Source: Sminthopsis crassicaudata (lineage: Eukaryota). From it: a stretch of DNA of 64,000 nucleotides. The DNA lies in assembly GCF_048593235.1 (NCBI RefSeq), contig NC_133619.1, forward strand, positions 447,977,644 to 448,041,643, read 5' to 3'. The notes beneath the pieces were generated by a model. The model saw only the letters and a list, made by a program, of their open reading frames with translations, had not been told where the DNA came from and searched no databases. Positions 39,550-53,035 of the stretch are shown here, one piece after another (the first letter of the stretch is position 1; each line of letters begins with the position of its first letter). Made by a program: the position numbers and the translations under genes.

Positions 39550-39760
39550 AGTGAAATTGTATTTAAGTGAGGGAGGGCTGTGCAAGGTCACCTGCTTCAC
39601 TTTCTCCTCTTCTTGAAGGTCTCCAGAGGAGAGAATGAGGTTGAAGACTATGTGTAGCTCTGCCTCACCAAAATCCACTTAATATGCAAGTCAAGACATT
39701 ACCCTTTTGATGTCATTGGTCCTCTTCCAGCAGAAAGGAAGAACAAGGACAACAAATATA
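39550..39760 (+). mobile_element. THER1/MIR3-type SINE 3' part
   Basis: gggagggctgtgcaaggtcac...gatgtcattggtcctcttc...aaggacaaca; a similar tail lies reversed at 41260-41320. Confidence 0.65.
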
Positions 39761-40617
39761 ATTCCATCTATACTAAAGCCTTTTGAGTGTGACTAAGCCT
39801 TAATGTCAGATCTTCCCTGGGGTGTTTACATTTTAATCAAAGGACTGAATCTTCTAGAACGAGCATATCCAGGTAAGAAAGACATTTTAGACTAGGAATG
39901 AAACACTTCACCTTAGACTGGCCCTGATTAGAAAGATAAATTTCTTTTAAACTATATTTTATTGTGTAGCAAAATTCTAAAGATAATCACATAGTTTCCT
40001 TGTGTTCAGATTTTTCTTTCCCAATACGATTCATAAAGAAATTAATATACATGTATTAGAAAAAAATGTTTAAAAAAAAAGATAATCATGTAGTACAGTG
40101 GACTACTCACTATCTCTATAACTTGGGGGGAAATCACTTAACTTCTCCGATTTTTTAGTTTTTTTTCATCCATAAAATGGAAAAAACAATAATAAAAGCT
40201 ACCTCACAGAGTTCAATTACTCAACAGGCATTTATCACTATGTTAGGTACTAGGAATACTAATACAAAAATAAGATTTCTATCTTCAAGGAGTTTTACAT
40301 TTTGGAGAATTTTGAAGAAATACTTCATAAGTAGGAATATGAACTTGTAATTAACTCACTAAAGTTCTAATTTGTTGCATCAACTTGGCATGAAGATGGC
40401 CCTGGTTTCTTGAAGTCTATGCCCAAAGAATGCCATCTTAACTAAGTCAAGTTTATACAAGCCTCTTCTTCCTATAATCTTGGCTCCAGTTGAATTAGCT
40501 TTCTCTGTTCCTCACAAGCATACTATCCCCTACCTCCATGCCTTTGCAAATGGTGATCCTGAATGCCTGGATCTTACTCCCTTAACAGTCTCTTTCTTCC
40601 TTTAAGATGAATTTGAA

Positions 40618-40974
40618 GCTAGGCATAGTGATATTCAAATGGAATCCTTGGTACTAAGCAGGTTAAGGCTGGTGGATCTCTTGAGCTCAGAAATTCTGGG
40701 GTATAGTGGGCTGTGATGTGAACCCGGGGAAAAAAATACAAGTCTACCTCAGTTTCCTCATCTTGAAAAATGGGAATTATAATTTCATTTATCTCCCAGG
40801 GTTGTCATGAAGATGCCCACACTAAGTTTGGCATTAATATGGTGAGCCCAGTTTGCCCCAAAAGGCAGAAACAGAGCAATCAAAATGCCAATCAAAATGG
40901 GACTGGGCCAAGGAACAGCCCTTGTTCTTTTAGTATGGACAAGAGAGGGAGATTCAGTCTTTAGAAAAATTAAA
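40618..40974 (+). pseudogene. 7SL RNA retrocopy (near full length, two S-domain deletions), split by a CORE-SINE fragment
   Basis: gctaggcatagtg...ggctggtggatctcttgagctcagaaattctggg matches the 7SL 5' Alu domain; cactaagtttggcattaatatggtga and gaaacagagcaatcaaaa match the S domain; gaacagcc...gagattcagtctttagaaaaa matches the 3' end plus A tail. Confidence 0.88.
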
Positions 40975-42885
40975 GCTATTACTCAAGTACCACTTTCTTC
41001 ATAAAGTCTTTTCTGATCTTCCGCTAATTGTTCATGAATTTCCTCCAAAACTACCTTTTCCTTAACGCCTTAGCATATATTTGAATTTGTTCCCTTTATA
41101 TTTATTCTGCCTATAATTTTATATGTATTGGTTGTCTCCCTAGTTAGGATGTAAGTAGAAACAGCTTCATTCTTTCTATTTATATTCTCTGTACCTCACA
41201 CCACACTTAGCTTTTAGTACACATTTAGTAAATACTTGTTTAGTTGATTGTTGTCCTTCCTTCTTAAAAAGGACCAAAATGACATCACTATGTTAGAGTC
41301 AAGTTACAGTTGACTATGTCTTGTCTCAGGACCAGTCCTAGACTGAGTTCCACTAGATACTCTATTCCTGGGTGATAACAATGAGATTCTATTTTTTCAG
41401 GTGATAGATAGTAACTCATTCATCTACAAAGATCATGGATCTTGAGTGTTGAGGGAAGGGAACTAACTTGTCCAGGGTCACATAGGTAATAAGCTTCAGA
41501 GGCAAGATTTGAATCCATATCCTCTGAGTCCATAGCTGATATTTTCCCCACCATTTCACACTGCTTTTTTAATTGACCCTTACTTCATTGTGTTTCCCCC
41601 CCCCCCAACACACAACCAATTTTTTTTTTTTAATATTCTTTAAATTTTCCTTCTTCCTTGCCTGATACCAGCCATCCCTCCAGACTCAGGCTCATGCTTT
41701 TGATTAACTAAAAACTAGTCCACCAAGACTTGCCTTCGTATGACCATTTAAGGTGAGCTTGGCCCAGTTGATACTCAATAAATATTTCATAAGGAATTAA
41801 ATTAAGTCATCAGTTAATGTTGGAAGGGGTAGTAGCATTTTGAAGTTGGAGCAGCCTAGAATGCCAAGGGCTCTGAAAGGGCAGAGGATAGATACTGTTG
41901 TCTTTGTGGGAGGGGAGGTGGGTGTGCTGGGTCAACATAAAAAATTGCTCCAAATTGCTGAGCATCTGTTTGAGTCAACACAGTGGGCTCAGTCCAATTT
42001 TAACCTGAAAGTCTATGGAAAGGCACTATTAGCCTTTGTTTGTGTAGCCTCTAGGGGGTTTAGAGACTCAACCAAGTTAATGAAATGCATTCAAATCAGT
42101 GCTGATTTCCAGCTGTTTCATTAGGGCTATGAAGTCACAGAGATGTGAATTAGATAAAGGACTACACAGGTGTGTTTCCTTTTTTTTTTTTTTTTAACCA
42201 GTTGTGTTCCTGGGAAGTTGGGCATTAAGGAAATTTCTGTAAATGGAGTTATTATAAATGATTGCCATGGGAAGGAAATGGGCTTTCCTAAAGCAGGACA
42301 GATTGATCCCCGAGTGAAGATATTTGGGGGAAATCGAGTATGGTTTGTCTAAAGACGAGCGAAAATGCATTGGAATTGGTGTCGTGGATATTTATTTAAG
42401 TCCAAATTTTGCCTCAGAAAATTACTAAGCTGAGTGAACCTTAGGGAAGTTACTTAAACTTTCTCAGCCTCAGTTTCTTCATTTGTAAAATGAAGATAGT
42501 AATAGCAGTTATCCTCACATGATCATTATGAGGATCAAATAAGATAATGTATGTTATCTGTATAGCAAACCTTAAATTGTGATTAAGCACAAACTTATTA
42601 TCATTATAAGCAAGTCATACAAGTGGAAACCGTATCCTTATACCACTTTTTGGGGAAAAACTAGGATTTCTTTAAAGAGAACCTGTGAGCTCAGGATAAA
42701 AGAAATTATAAGAAGTAGAATAGCTTAGGGGAGCTAACCTGGAAGCAGGCCGAAAAAAAAAATCTCCCACTGCCTGTTTTTTTCTTTATCATTTTACTGG
42801 GTTTCATGGCAGAAAATCCAATAATTAAATAAATTATTGTTTACCTGATCTTTTCTTTAATGATTTCTCTAGTTTAATATCTTTA

Positions 42886-43260
42886 GTGGATACCTGGAGT
42901 CAGGAAGACCTGAATTCAAATCCAGCCTCAGATACAGACTCCAGTCCAATGTTAACATCAACATTTATGGAAAGGCACTCTTGTTTATAAGTTTGGGATG
43001 TAGTGGGGGAAGGGAGATACTCAACCAAATTAATTAAATTCATTTAAATCAATGCTGATCTCCAGCTGTTACTAGTCTTAACACTTATTAGTTGTGTGAC
43101 TGAAAAAGTCATTTAACATCTATCTGCCCAAGTTTCCTTATCTATAAAAATGGGGATAATAATAGCATTTACTTTGAAGGTTTGTTGTCAAGATGAAATG
43201 AAATAATATTTATAAAGCAGTTTGCAACCTTAAAGTGCAAAAGAAATGTTAGCTATTATT
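42886..43260 (+). mobile_element. MIR-type CORE-SINE interrupted by a ~130-bp insert
   Basis: Head to cctcagatac (42935); core resumes acttattagttgtgtgac near 43083. Confidence 0.8.
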
Positions 43261-43593
43261 ATTACAAATGAAAATACCCCCATGAAGTTTAAGGGCTAAT
43301 TTACACACACTAGTGTGAATTAATTCCACCAGCTTGCTTATTCCTAACACCTTCCTGAAGCAACTGTAGGGAGGAAATGACATTTTTATTGCTTGGAGCA
43401 GGATCTTGGATTTAGACTGGGAGCAACTTTGGAGCCAAACAAAATAAGACTAATTCCTACAGAGGATAATCCTTTAAATATATGAGAATAATTGTAAATA
43501 GACAGATAAGAAGATCAGGGTTCAATCCTGCCCCTGATAATTAATTGTTGTGTTAGCCTGGGAAAGTCATTGAAATTCTCCATGGTTTAAGGT

Positions 43594-43783
43594 ACACATG
43601 TCAAACTCACTGCTCCCACGTTGCAAATGTTTTCATAACTCCCTAGTGTGGCCTGAACCAGCTTAAAATGGAATTGAGAAATGTTTAACAAAATAAATAA
43701 AAATACAATATACTAAACTATTGTGATTTTCTAAGTCAATATGTAGCCTATAAGGATTCATTTCTATGTATTTGACACTACTG
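43594..43783. mobile_element. hAT-type MITE; related partial copy near 55775-55880
   Basis: Degenerate TIR core TGTCAAA / TTTGACACTACTG. Confidence 0.55.
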
Positions 43784-44572
43784 CATAAACAATGCTCTAG
43801 TCAGTCAATAAACATTTATTAAGTACCTATTGATATGTGATAGGCACTGTGCTAAGTGTTAGGGATACAAAGGCAAAAATTATCCCTGCTCTCAGTCTAA
43901 AGGAAGGAGACAAAATGGAAACAACTATGTGCAAACAAGATTAGATAAATTAGGCTGTATTTTTATGTCTAACCCATTAGATTTTAAATTCCTTGGGGGC
44001 AAGGGCTGTTTTTTAACCTCCTTTTTGTACACCCAACTCAGCATAGCACATAATAGGTGATTAATAAATGATTGATTAATTTTCTCCTGGTCAATAGTCT
44101 TATATTATCATCAGTTTACTAAATTTTTATCTAAATGTCCTGTAGACATTTTAAACTCAGGTATAACCAAAATGAACTCATCTATAGGTAGACAATATGT
44201 TTGTCCATAATAAATCTGGTGCTTTCAGTGAATTACAAATTCAATGTCTTCACAGTGACAAAGCAACCACCACCAAAAAAGCTAATATAAACTTAGGTTC
44301 TATTAAGATACTTGAACCCCTGGCAGCTGCTAAGATTACCAAAAGGAGAATGTAAGGACAGGGCTTAGCACAGAGCATTTAACAAATCACATAGTGGACA
44401 AGAAGAGAATGATTCAACAAACAAGGTCAGACAAGAAGAGAATCAAGAAATCAGGGTCACAGTGTCACAAGTGTGTGTTCAGGAGGAGAGAATCAACAGT
44501 GTCTAAAACTCAAAAATGATGAGGATTTTTTTTAAAGGATCATTTGATTTAGGAGCTTAAAAATTTATTGAA

Positions 44573-44962
44573 TGCTGTATGAAGATATATTCTGATGGAA
44601 GTGGATATCTTCAATATAAAGAAGATCCAACTCACTTCCAGTTGATCAATGATGGACAGAAACAACTACACTCAGAGAAGGAACACTGGGAAGTGAATGT
44701 AAAATGTTAGCACTACTGTCTATCTACCCAGGTTACTTATACCTTCGGAATCTAATACTTAATGTGCAACAAGAAAATGGTATTTACACACATATATTAC
44801 ATCTAGGTTTTATTGTAACACATGTAAAATGTATGGGATTGCCTATCATGGGGGGGGAGGGAATGGAAGGAGGGGGGTATAATTTGGAAAAATGAATACA
44901 AGGGATAATGTTATAAAAAAAATTACTCATGCATATATACTGTGAAAAAAATTCTAAATAAA
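44573..44962 (+). mobile_element. Young 5'-truncated L1 (390 bp) with 14-bp TSD
   Basis: TSD aaaaatttattgaa at 44559-44572 and 44963-44976; ORF2 end LYEDIF* and intact 3' UTR with G-rich tract. Confidence 0.95.
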
Positions 44963-46494
44963 AAAAATTTATTGAAGAAAGTGGGTATTTTTAGCTTGGA
45001 TATAATCCTTGATTAAAGGTTAAAAGGATAAAATTGGTGATGGGATATGAGGGCAAAAGATTCAGGAGAAAATAGTGCAACTATACCAAGTGATTCTCAA
45101 GGGGTCAAAATAAGAAAAGGATACAACCCAGAAGTGATAGACTGAGAAAGAACTAAGGGGTTGAGAGATGGGAAGTCTTGGCAAAGATGAAAAATAAGAT
45201 TTGGAATTGCAAGGCAGAGGGAAATGTGGAATGGCCCCATATTGTGATTAGATAAGGGAATATCAGAGTTTATAAATATTTAAGTGATATATTTTGTGGA
45301 TAATGACAAATTCAAGGATATAATCACCTCTAGGTGTAACTGATGTGGAATGGAAAAGTAGATTATGGGAAATGAATAAAACAAAATTTGAAGGTCTAGA
45401 AGTGTCCAAGGAAGTATCACTTTCTATGATGAGGACGGGAGTTGATTTGACCTTAGGCCTTCTTGATTGATTCCATGCTGAATGCTCTATTTACTGCATT
45501 CACCTTGCAGCCTCAATGATAATTAGAACTGACTGAGTGAAAAAACTTTCCCCTCTCTGATGATCTTAAGGCAAAGTCTGGATGACCACTTCTTGGGGAT
45601 GTTTTAGAGGGCATTCTTGTTTTGGCACAAGATGGATTTGCTTTACTTGAGGTCCTTTCCAAATTTGGTGTTCTATGGTTCTGTAACCCTGAAACATTAT
45701 CTTATTCCCCAACAGTCCAGCAACATAATTTCCCTATCCCAAATTGTATTAAAATTGTCCCCCCCCCCCAAACAAATCGGATTTAGATTATTTACTTTTG
45801 ATTATGACATTTTGGAAATTCAGTTAGGGAGAATACTGAAGCTACACTGAAAACCTGATCTACGAGGAGCCAGGAAAAATTATCTAAAAGTCTTCATTCT
45901 TATCTATATTTCCCTCCTCCCTGCAACACTACACCATATGGGAAATAGATTGTTTTCTTCTCTGGCAGTTGGTACTCGGCACCAGGGTAAGCAAAACACC
46001 TTAACCCCAGAGCTGCTGACCTTCCAAACTTCTTGAGAGTTGAGATCAAGTCAGGAGTAGCTACTCTTTGGCTGAGAATTTCCCCAATTTCTCCAAAGCC
46101 TTAGAATTGCCAATAGATGGCATTTACTTAGTGTTTTAAGGTTTTCAGAATACTATATGCATAATATGTCATTTGGTACTCACAAAAACCCTGTAAAATA
46201 AAAGGTGCTATTTTACTTTACAGATGAGCAAACTGAGGCTAAGATTAAGTGATTTGCACAGGGATGCACAGCCAGTGTTTGAGGAAGGATTTCTATTCAG
46301 ATCTTCCTTAGTCCAATACTCTAAGTCCAATACTTATAAAGTTTGCATCCTAATTATTTTTGGGACAAGTTTTTCGCTTTTTTCTCTTCTCTAAGAATAT
46401 TTCTTCTCAAACCAGACTGTCAGGGACACACCTGTTGGCTTCAAGTTCAAGCAGTTAAAGACTGAGTTCTCTTGGTGGACCAGAGTTCAGTTGT

Positions 46495-46721
46495 TTTTCA
46501 ATTATGTACAAAGTTTTGTGACCTCCTTTGGGGTTTTATTGGCAAAGACATTGGAATGGTTTGTCATTTCTTTTTCCAGTTCATTTTAACAGATGAGGAA
46601 ACTGAGGCAAACAGGATTAAGTGACTTTCCTAAGGTTACAGCTAGGAAGTGTCTGAGATTGGATTTGGAATCAGATTTTCTGACTCCGGGCCCAGTACTT
46701 GACCCACTGTGTTACCTAACT
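46495..46721 (-). mobile_element. Mar1-type CORE-SINE
   Basis: Full reverse head, core and RTE-type tail. Confidence 0.9.
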
Positions 46722-47237
46722 GTGCAGAATTGGTACCTGTGGTTAAAATATGCCAAGGAACTTCTCTGGTGAGGTATGGGAAATACTGCCTGCCAATCCA
46801 GTTGATAATAATTGTGAACAGAAAGAAGTACCTTACTCCTTCCCATCATGAAGTGAGTTAATTAAGCAAAGGATAAATATTAAACTGGAAATTAAAATTG
46901 GTCACTAGGCTATTGGTTTCTAGGTTGACCTTGATGTTGTTTTTTATGAAGAGGTACATAGAAAGTAAATTTTCCTGGAATTAGGGTATAATCAGTGCAA
47001 ACTTGAAAACAAATGAAGTAGTTTCAAACCCTACCTCCAATATAAACCATCTGAATGAGTTTGGCTAAATCCCTTATTTCCTCGTATGTCTTTGTTTTCT
47101 TATATATAAGATTAAGGGATCAAATTGGATGACTTCCAAAATCCTTTTTAGTTTTAGAGATATGATTATATAATCTACATCACTCATACCTTCTGAAAAC
47201 ATTCTTTCCTCATGGATGATTGATTACATTGATTACA

Positions 47238-48790
47238 CAAGCATTTATTAAGTACCTGCTATGAATAAGGCATTGTGCTAAGGGATTGGAATTAAGGGAC
47301 AAAAGGGAAGCAGTCTTTACCCTCGAGGAATTTAATGTCTAATGGAAAGAGGAACAGATGGAACTAATAAAATATGTGTGTATGTATATATACATAAATA
47401 CATTCCCATATACACATTACATACAGAGTAATTACATGGCATGGGGGGGGGCAGGACAGGAAAGTGCTCTTGTAGAAGTTGACACAGTTGAATCTTGAAA
47501 GAAACCAAGAGGAAATGAAGAAAAAGGAAAGGGGAAAAAAAATTTAAAAAAATATATATATATTATATATAATTTTATGTATTTTAAAGGAAATTATATA
47601 GATTTGCAGTTTCATGTGCAATCATTTTTTAAAAATTAAAGTATGTTATGGAAATGCTTGTTTTATTTCACAAATTAGAAATAAATTTAAAAATAGAAAA
47701 GAGATTAATGGTAGAACATTTCAAGCAGGGAACAGTTAGTACAAAGATATGCAAATGAAATATGGAGTTCATGTACAAGGGACAGTAAGTAAACTGCTAT
47801 GATTGAAGGTAGAGTTCCTAGAGGTGAATAATGTAAGAAACCTGAAAAGTATAAAAGGGGTCAGAAATAGAACTTTAAATGGCAAACAGAAGGTTTTGAT
47901 TCAAGAGATAACGGGATCAATGGAGTAAGCATTGAGTAGAGAAATGGCATGGGTCTGTACTTTTAAGAAAATTGCTTTTGCAGTTTGTGGGGGTTGGATA
48001 GGAGTGAATTGAAGCAGGAAGACCAATGAGGAGGTAACTGCAACAGTATAGTCATGAGATTTGAGGACCTAACCTAGAGATAAGAATGATAGGATTTGGC
48101 TTGTGTTTGGAGAGAACAAGAGTGAGAAGTCAAGATCCACACAGCAAAATTGTAATCTGGGTGATTGGAAATGTGGTGATGCCTTAGGACAATACCTAGC
48201 ACTTAATAGATACTTGTTCACTTTCTCTTCCTAGTCTTTTCGTCATAGGCAATTAGGGAAAGGAGTAGGTTTGGAGGAAAGTGTAATAAGATTCATTTTT
48301 TACATGATGAGTTTGAGATGCTTATGATACTTATCCAATATACAGTTGGTGATGCCAGATTGGAACTCAGAAAACTATAATTTGATATAGTCCTTGGAAT
48401 TATCTGCATAGAACATAATCACTAAATACAGCTAATTGTCAACAAATGAGAGGGGGGAGGGGAGAAAAGAGAAGAGGGCCTAGGAAAGAAGCTTGGGAAA
48501 AAACCACTGTAAACTGGCATGACTTGAATGAAGCTCCTGCAGGAGAAACTGAGAAGGAATGGAAAAATAGGAGCAGAGAGAGAAGAGGAGAAGGAGGAAA
48601 CTGGAAAGGAGCAGGGATGATGAGGCATCTCATGAAAAACCATAGGGAAGAGAATATACAAGAAGAGAAGGCAATCAACAGCGTCAAATCTTGCAGCTGA
48701 GTTCAAAGATGAAGACTGAGAAAAGGCATTTCATCTAATGTAATTAGATTAGATACTAATTTGCAGAATATTTAAAAGATAGTGAGAAAA
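47238..48790 (-). mobile_element. Long decayed L2 (with an L1 3' end inserted at about 47510-47700)
   Basis: Starts with the reversed L2 terminus acaagcatttattaagtacc; purine-rich antisense body. Confidence 0.7.
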
Positions 48791-48800
48791 GGGAGTGGAA

Positions 48801-49263
48801 NNNNNNNNNNNNNNNNNNNNNNNNNNNNNNNNNNNNNNNNNNNNNNNNNNNNNNNNNNNNNNNNNNNNNNNNNNNNNNNNNNNNNNNNNNNNNNNNNNNN
48901 NNNNNNNNNNNNNNNNNNNNNNNNNNNNNNNNNNNNNNNNNNNNNNNNNNNNNNNNNNNNNNNNNNNNNNNNNNNNNNNNNNNNNNNNNNNNNNNNNNNN
49001 NNNNNNNNNNNNNNNNNNNNNNNNNNNNNNNNNNNNNNNNNNNNNNNNNNNNNNNNNNNNNNNNNNNNNNNNNNNNNNNNNNNNNNNNNNNNNNNNNNNN
49101 NNNNNNNNNNNNNNNNNNNNNNNNNNNNNNNNNNNNNNNNNNNNNNNNNNNNNNNNNNNNNNNNNNNNNNNNNNNNNNNNNNNNNNNNNNNNNNNNNNNN
49201 NNNNNNNNNNNNNNNNNNNNNNNNNNNNNNNNNNNNNNNNNNNNNNNNNNNNNNNNNNNNNNN
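48801..49263. other. Assembly gap (463 N)
   Basis: Run of N; ORFs spanning it are artefacts. Confidence 1.
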
Positions 49264-49372
49264 TCCTCCTCTCCTTTCCACCCTCCCTCCCTTCTTCCTC
49301 CCTTCCTTTCCTCCCTTCTTCCTCCCTTCCTTTCCTTCTTTCTTCCTTTCTTCCTCTCTTTCTCTTTCTTTT
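49264..49372. repeat. (CCTT/CTT)n polypyrimidine tract abutting the gap
   Basis: Pure C/T for about 110 bp; it is the tail of a minus-strand SINE fragment at 49375-49440. Confidence 0.95.
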
Positions 49373-51194
49373 TTGGAAGTAATTAGGGCTAAGTGACTTG
49401 CCCATGGTAACATAGCTATTAAGTATATGAGGCAGGATTACAGAATTTAGTGCTCTATTCTTAAGCTAACCCTTAAGATTGATTTTTCAAGTTTAACTGA
49501 GAAAGGGAAAAGGATGATAATTATAGGAAGATCTAGTGAGACATTTTTTTTTTTTTTTAATGGGGGTAATGATCATATTACAAGCAGTAGAGAAGGAGTT
49601 AGAAGAGAGGGGAAGATCTAAAATTAGAGATTGGTGATGATGTTGAGACAATCTACTGAAGGTGAGATAGGATGGGATCAAGAATACATGTAAGTAGAAT
49701 GGCTTTAGTGAGGAAAAAGGCCATCTTTTCTTCAGAAATTAGAATGAGAGGAAATAATACAAATTTAATTTTAGGAAAAAAACAGTTTTATTGTAGCCTA
49801 TCAACTCTCAAATGATCATAGATTAAAAGCTGGAAGCTACCTCAAAAGTTATTTATTCAAATTCTTTCATTTAATATATGAAAAAAAAAATTCTATAGAA
49901 GTTAAATGACTTGGCTCATCTCCTCTGAGAAGTACACAACAGAGCTAGAATTTGAACCTAGGACCTCTGACTCCAAATCAAGCCTCATTTTCACTATATA
50001 TCACACTACTTCAATAGATGTTTGAGTGTCCTTTAGATTGTTAGCTCCTTGAAGGCAAGGACTGTGTTTGGTTTTTTTGTGGTGGTGGTTGTTTTTATCC
50101 CCAGTGTTTAGCATCTTACCTAGCGCGAAGTAAATGCTTAATAAATGTTTACTAAATTGAAATTGAATTTAATGCCTACTCTAGGCACCTTTGTCAGGTG
50201 GCTAAAAAAATCCATAGCCCTAGAGATTTATAGTTTCCCTGAGGAGGTTAGGTGTATTCAAAGGCAGCCTCTGTTGTTAAGTTACCAAATAAGTAGCGGA
50301 GGATAAGTGATTTAGGCTTTTAGCTGGTGGGGAAGACCCTACAGCTGGCAAAACTCACAGTAGGCATCTGGGCCCTATACTTAGCGAAATCCTTTCATTG
50401 GATGATGAGCAAAGACTGAATGTGTGTGATTTACTCTGGAACATATGCTTATTATTGCTGCCAAACTAATGCCTAGGATGTACTAACTGGTACTTATAAT
50501 TTTACTTATATAGTGGGTAAGGACTTTCATTGAGCCATAGTTTATTCCAGGTAATGGTCATCAAAGGAATAAACCTATGAGAAGGAAAAGTATAGTTCAC
50601 TTTAAGTAAAATATTAATCATGTTGCCCTTAATCTAAAGAGAAGATTGAGCTAAGTTAATTAAACCAGGATCATTAATGTAAGAGCTTTGTGCAGAAAAT
50701 TTGAAGTTAGTCTTGAAGGCAGTACTTTGACCAGTAGAGAAGAGAGGGAAGACATTTCATGAACAGTGTGAGCAAAACTCGAAAGAAAGGGAACAAGTTT
50801 TCTTGGTCTTTTCAAGAAAAGATGAATGGACTTGTTTGCCTGTATAGTAAAGGGTTGTAATAAAACAGTGGTGTGAGAGGAGGTTGGAGAGGTAAACAGA
50901 GGAAAGAATTTACAAATGATTTTGAAGGCCAGGCTAAAATTTGTATTTCATCCTGTGGTCAGTGAGAAAGAAGGTAGGAGCTTGGTCAATAGGCTAATAT
51001 GACTAAATAGGTATTTTAAGATAAATCATGACATCAAAATTATAAGAAATTTTGAGGCCATTAAGCTCCGAGTACACCTAAACTTTTAGTGACTGATTTA
51101 GGATGAAAGAAAAAAAAAATGATGGTTGGGCAAAAAGTACTGATGATTTCAGGTTGTTTTTTTATAGTGAGTAAAGGGCATTGTCTGGAAGCTT

Positions 51195-51440
51195 GTAAGT
51201 TGTTGTTCAGTCATGTCCCACCCTTTGTGACCCTATTCAGGGTTTTCTTGGCAAAGATACTGGAATGGTTTCCCATTTCCTGCTCCAGCTCATTTTACAG
51301 ATAAGAAAACTAAGACAAACAGGGTTAAGAGACTTGCCCAGCTTCATGTAGCTAGTAAGTATTTGAGGTTGGATTTCAACTCAGGAAGATGAGTCTTCCT
51401 AACTCTAGGCCCAGCACACCATCCATTAAACCATCTAATT
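51195..51440 (-). mobile_element. Mar1-type CORE-SINE
   Basis: gttgttcagtcatgtcccaccctttgtgaccc...ttggcaaagatactggaatgg... in reverse. Confidence 0.9.
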
Positions 51441-52819
51441 GCATTGGAATCTGGATGATCTGAGTTCAAGTGCTGACTTTGGCACATAAGGAGAAGAAAG
51501 AAAAAGGGGCAAAAACCAAAAATATACTCCACTATTGATTCTCTCTAAGGAAATAACTTCTCTTTTAAATAGGTAATTTCAACTGGAAAGTCTTTTGAAA
51601 ACTTTTCTCACTCTGTAACTTGACACAAAAGCCAAAGGCCTCAATCTGGTCTTTAGTAAATTGGTGAAGCCTTGCTTTGCCATCAGATAATTATTCCCTT
51701 CAGACAGATTACCTTTCTAATTTTGCAACAGACTGAGGCTTCAGAGTCCTGAGGGGATTTCACAAGACTTGTTGCATCACAATTAGTTAGCCTATAGGAG
51801 AAGCTTGTTTGAAGAGTTCTCTCTCCCTTCTGGCTACCCTGCAATTCTCCAAGAAGGAGCTCTTAAAATCAATCTTACAAAGGAAAGCAGAAAAGGCTCT
51901 GCTCCAGGCAGAGGAGGGCCAGGCTCCTCAGTCAGCTGAATAATGAGAAGCAGGTTTAACAGCTTCCATAAGGATTATTTGTGAGATTGACATTTTATTT
52001 ATATACAAAGAACACTAACACAATCCAAGTTTTTTAAAACAAAATTTAATAGAGCAAGAGGGAGTATGGTGAAATGGTCAGAGTCAGGCTTGGAAATAGG
52101 ACTACCTAAAGTTTTTGAATCTTAATTTAATTTACTGTTTAAAGAAAGTGAGGAAGCTGAGAGAAGGATCAGGGTGTAATGGAATGAGCAGAATTCAAGT
52201 CCCCGTTGGGGAATTTCTGAGAAAAGGTTCCTAGAGCATCTCAGGTGAGTCTGGAGGTCAAATAATTTGAGAGACTGAAAGAAAACAGGCTTGTTCTAAT
52301 AGTTTAGTGAACCACAAATCCCCCAAAAGGATTCATTTTGGAAGAATTTGTGTGTCAACATCTAAATATGGAAGGAAAGGACAGATAGTCAACAGAAGAC
52401 TAAAAAGGGAACCAAATTGGGAGTTTCTGTGGAAATACTTGGAAATAAGATAACAGGTTTGTTGTTCAACTAAGATAACCTTACCAGAGAGGGCAAGAAA
52501 GAAAAGGAGGGGACTAAATTATCTTTTACAATGGTTAAAGAAATCTTTGATCTAAGACTTTAGGGTTGAAGTCTCTTATCCAAGGTCACCAGATAGTTTT
52601 TCCAATAGTGATTTACCACCTGTTTTACCTTGAATAGTTTGCTTTGTTTTATTTCTGCTTCATTTCTGATACTAATGAAATGACTAGCCCCAATCTCTAC
52701 AGCATAGGAATTAGCTGGAATTGGAGCAATAATGTGCCCCATCTCCACCCCTCAAAGTTTTACAGGTGAGGAAACTAAAATGTAAAGAAATTAATTGCCT
52801 AGTTCAAGTCAAACCAGGG

Positions 52820-53035
52820 TATCTAGGTAATGCAGTGGATAGAGTGCTAGGTCTGGAGTCAAGAAGATTCATTTTCAGGAGTCCAAATCCACAATCCTCT
52901 GTCTGCCTCAGTTTCTTTATCTGAAACATCAGCTGGAGAAGGAAATGGCAATATATTCCAGTATCTTTGCCAAGAAAACCCCAAAAAGGGTCATGAAGTA
53001 TCAGATATAAATGAAAAAAATGTTTGAACAACTAC
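52820..53035 (+). mobile_element. Mar1-type CORE-SINE
   Basis: ctaggtaatgcagtggatagagtgctagg...ggagaaggaaatggcaa...ctttgccaagaaaacccc; a similar copy lies at 55537-55760. Confidence 0.9.

Noticed and set aside
45951-45992. Possible 18-nt microexon (ttttcttctctggcAG...CAGG|GTAAGC)
   Set aside because: Intergenic with no partner exon or transcript evidence; such splice-site pairs occur by chance in 64 kb.
48749-49413. ORFs of about 200 aa
   Set aside because: Artefacts of the N gap and the adjacent simple repeat.
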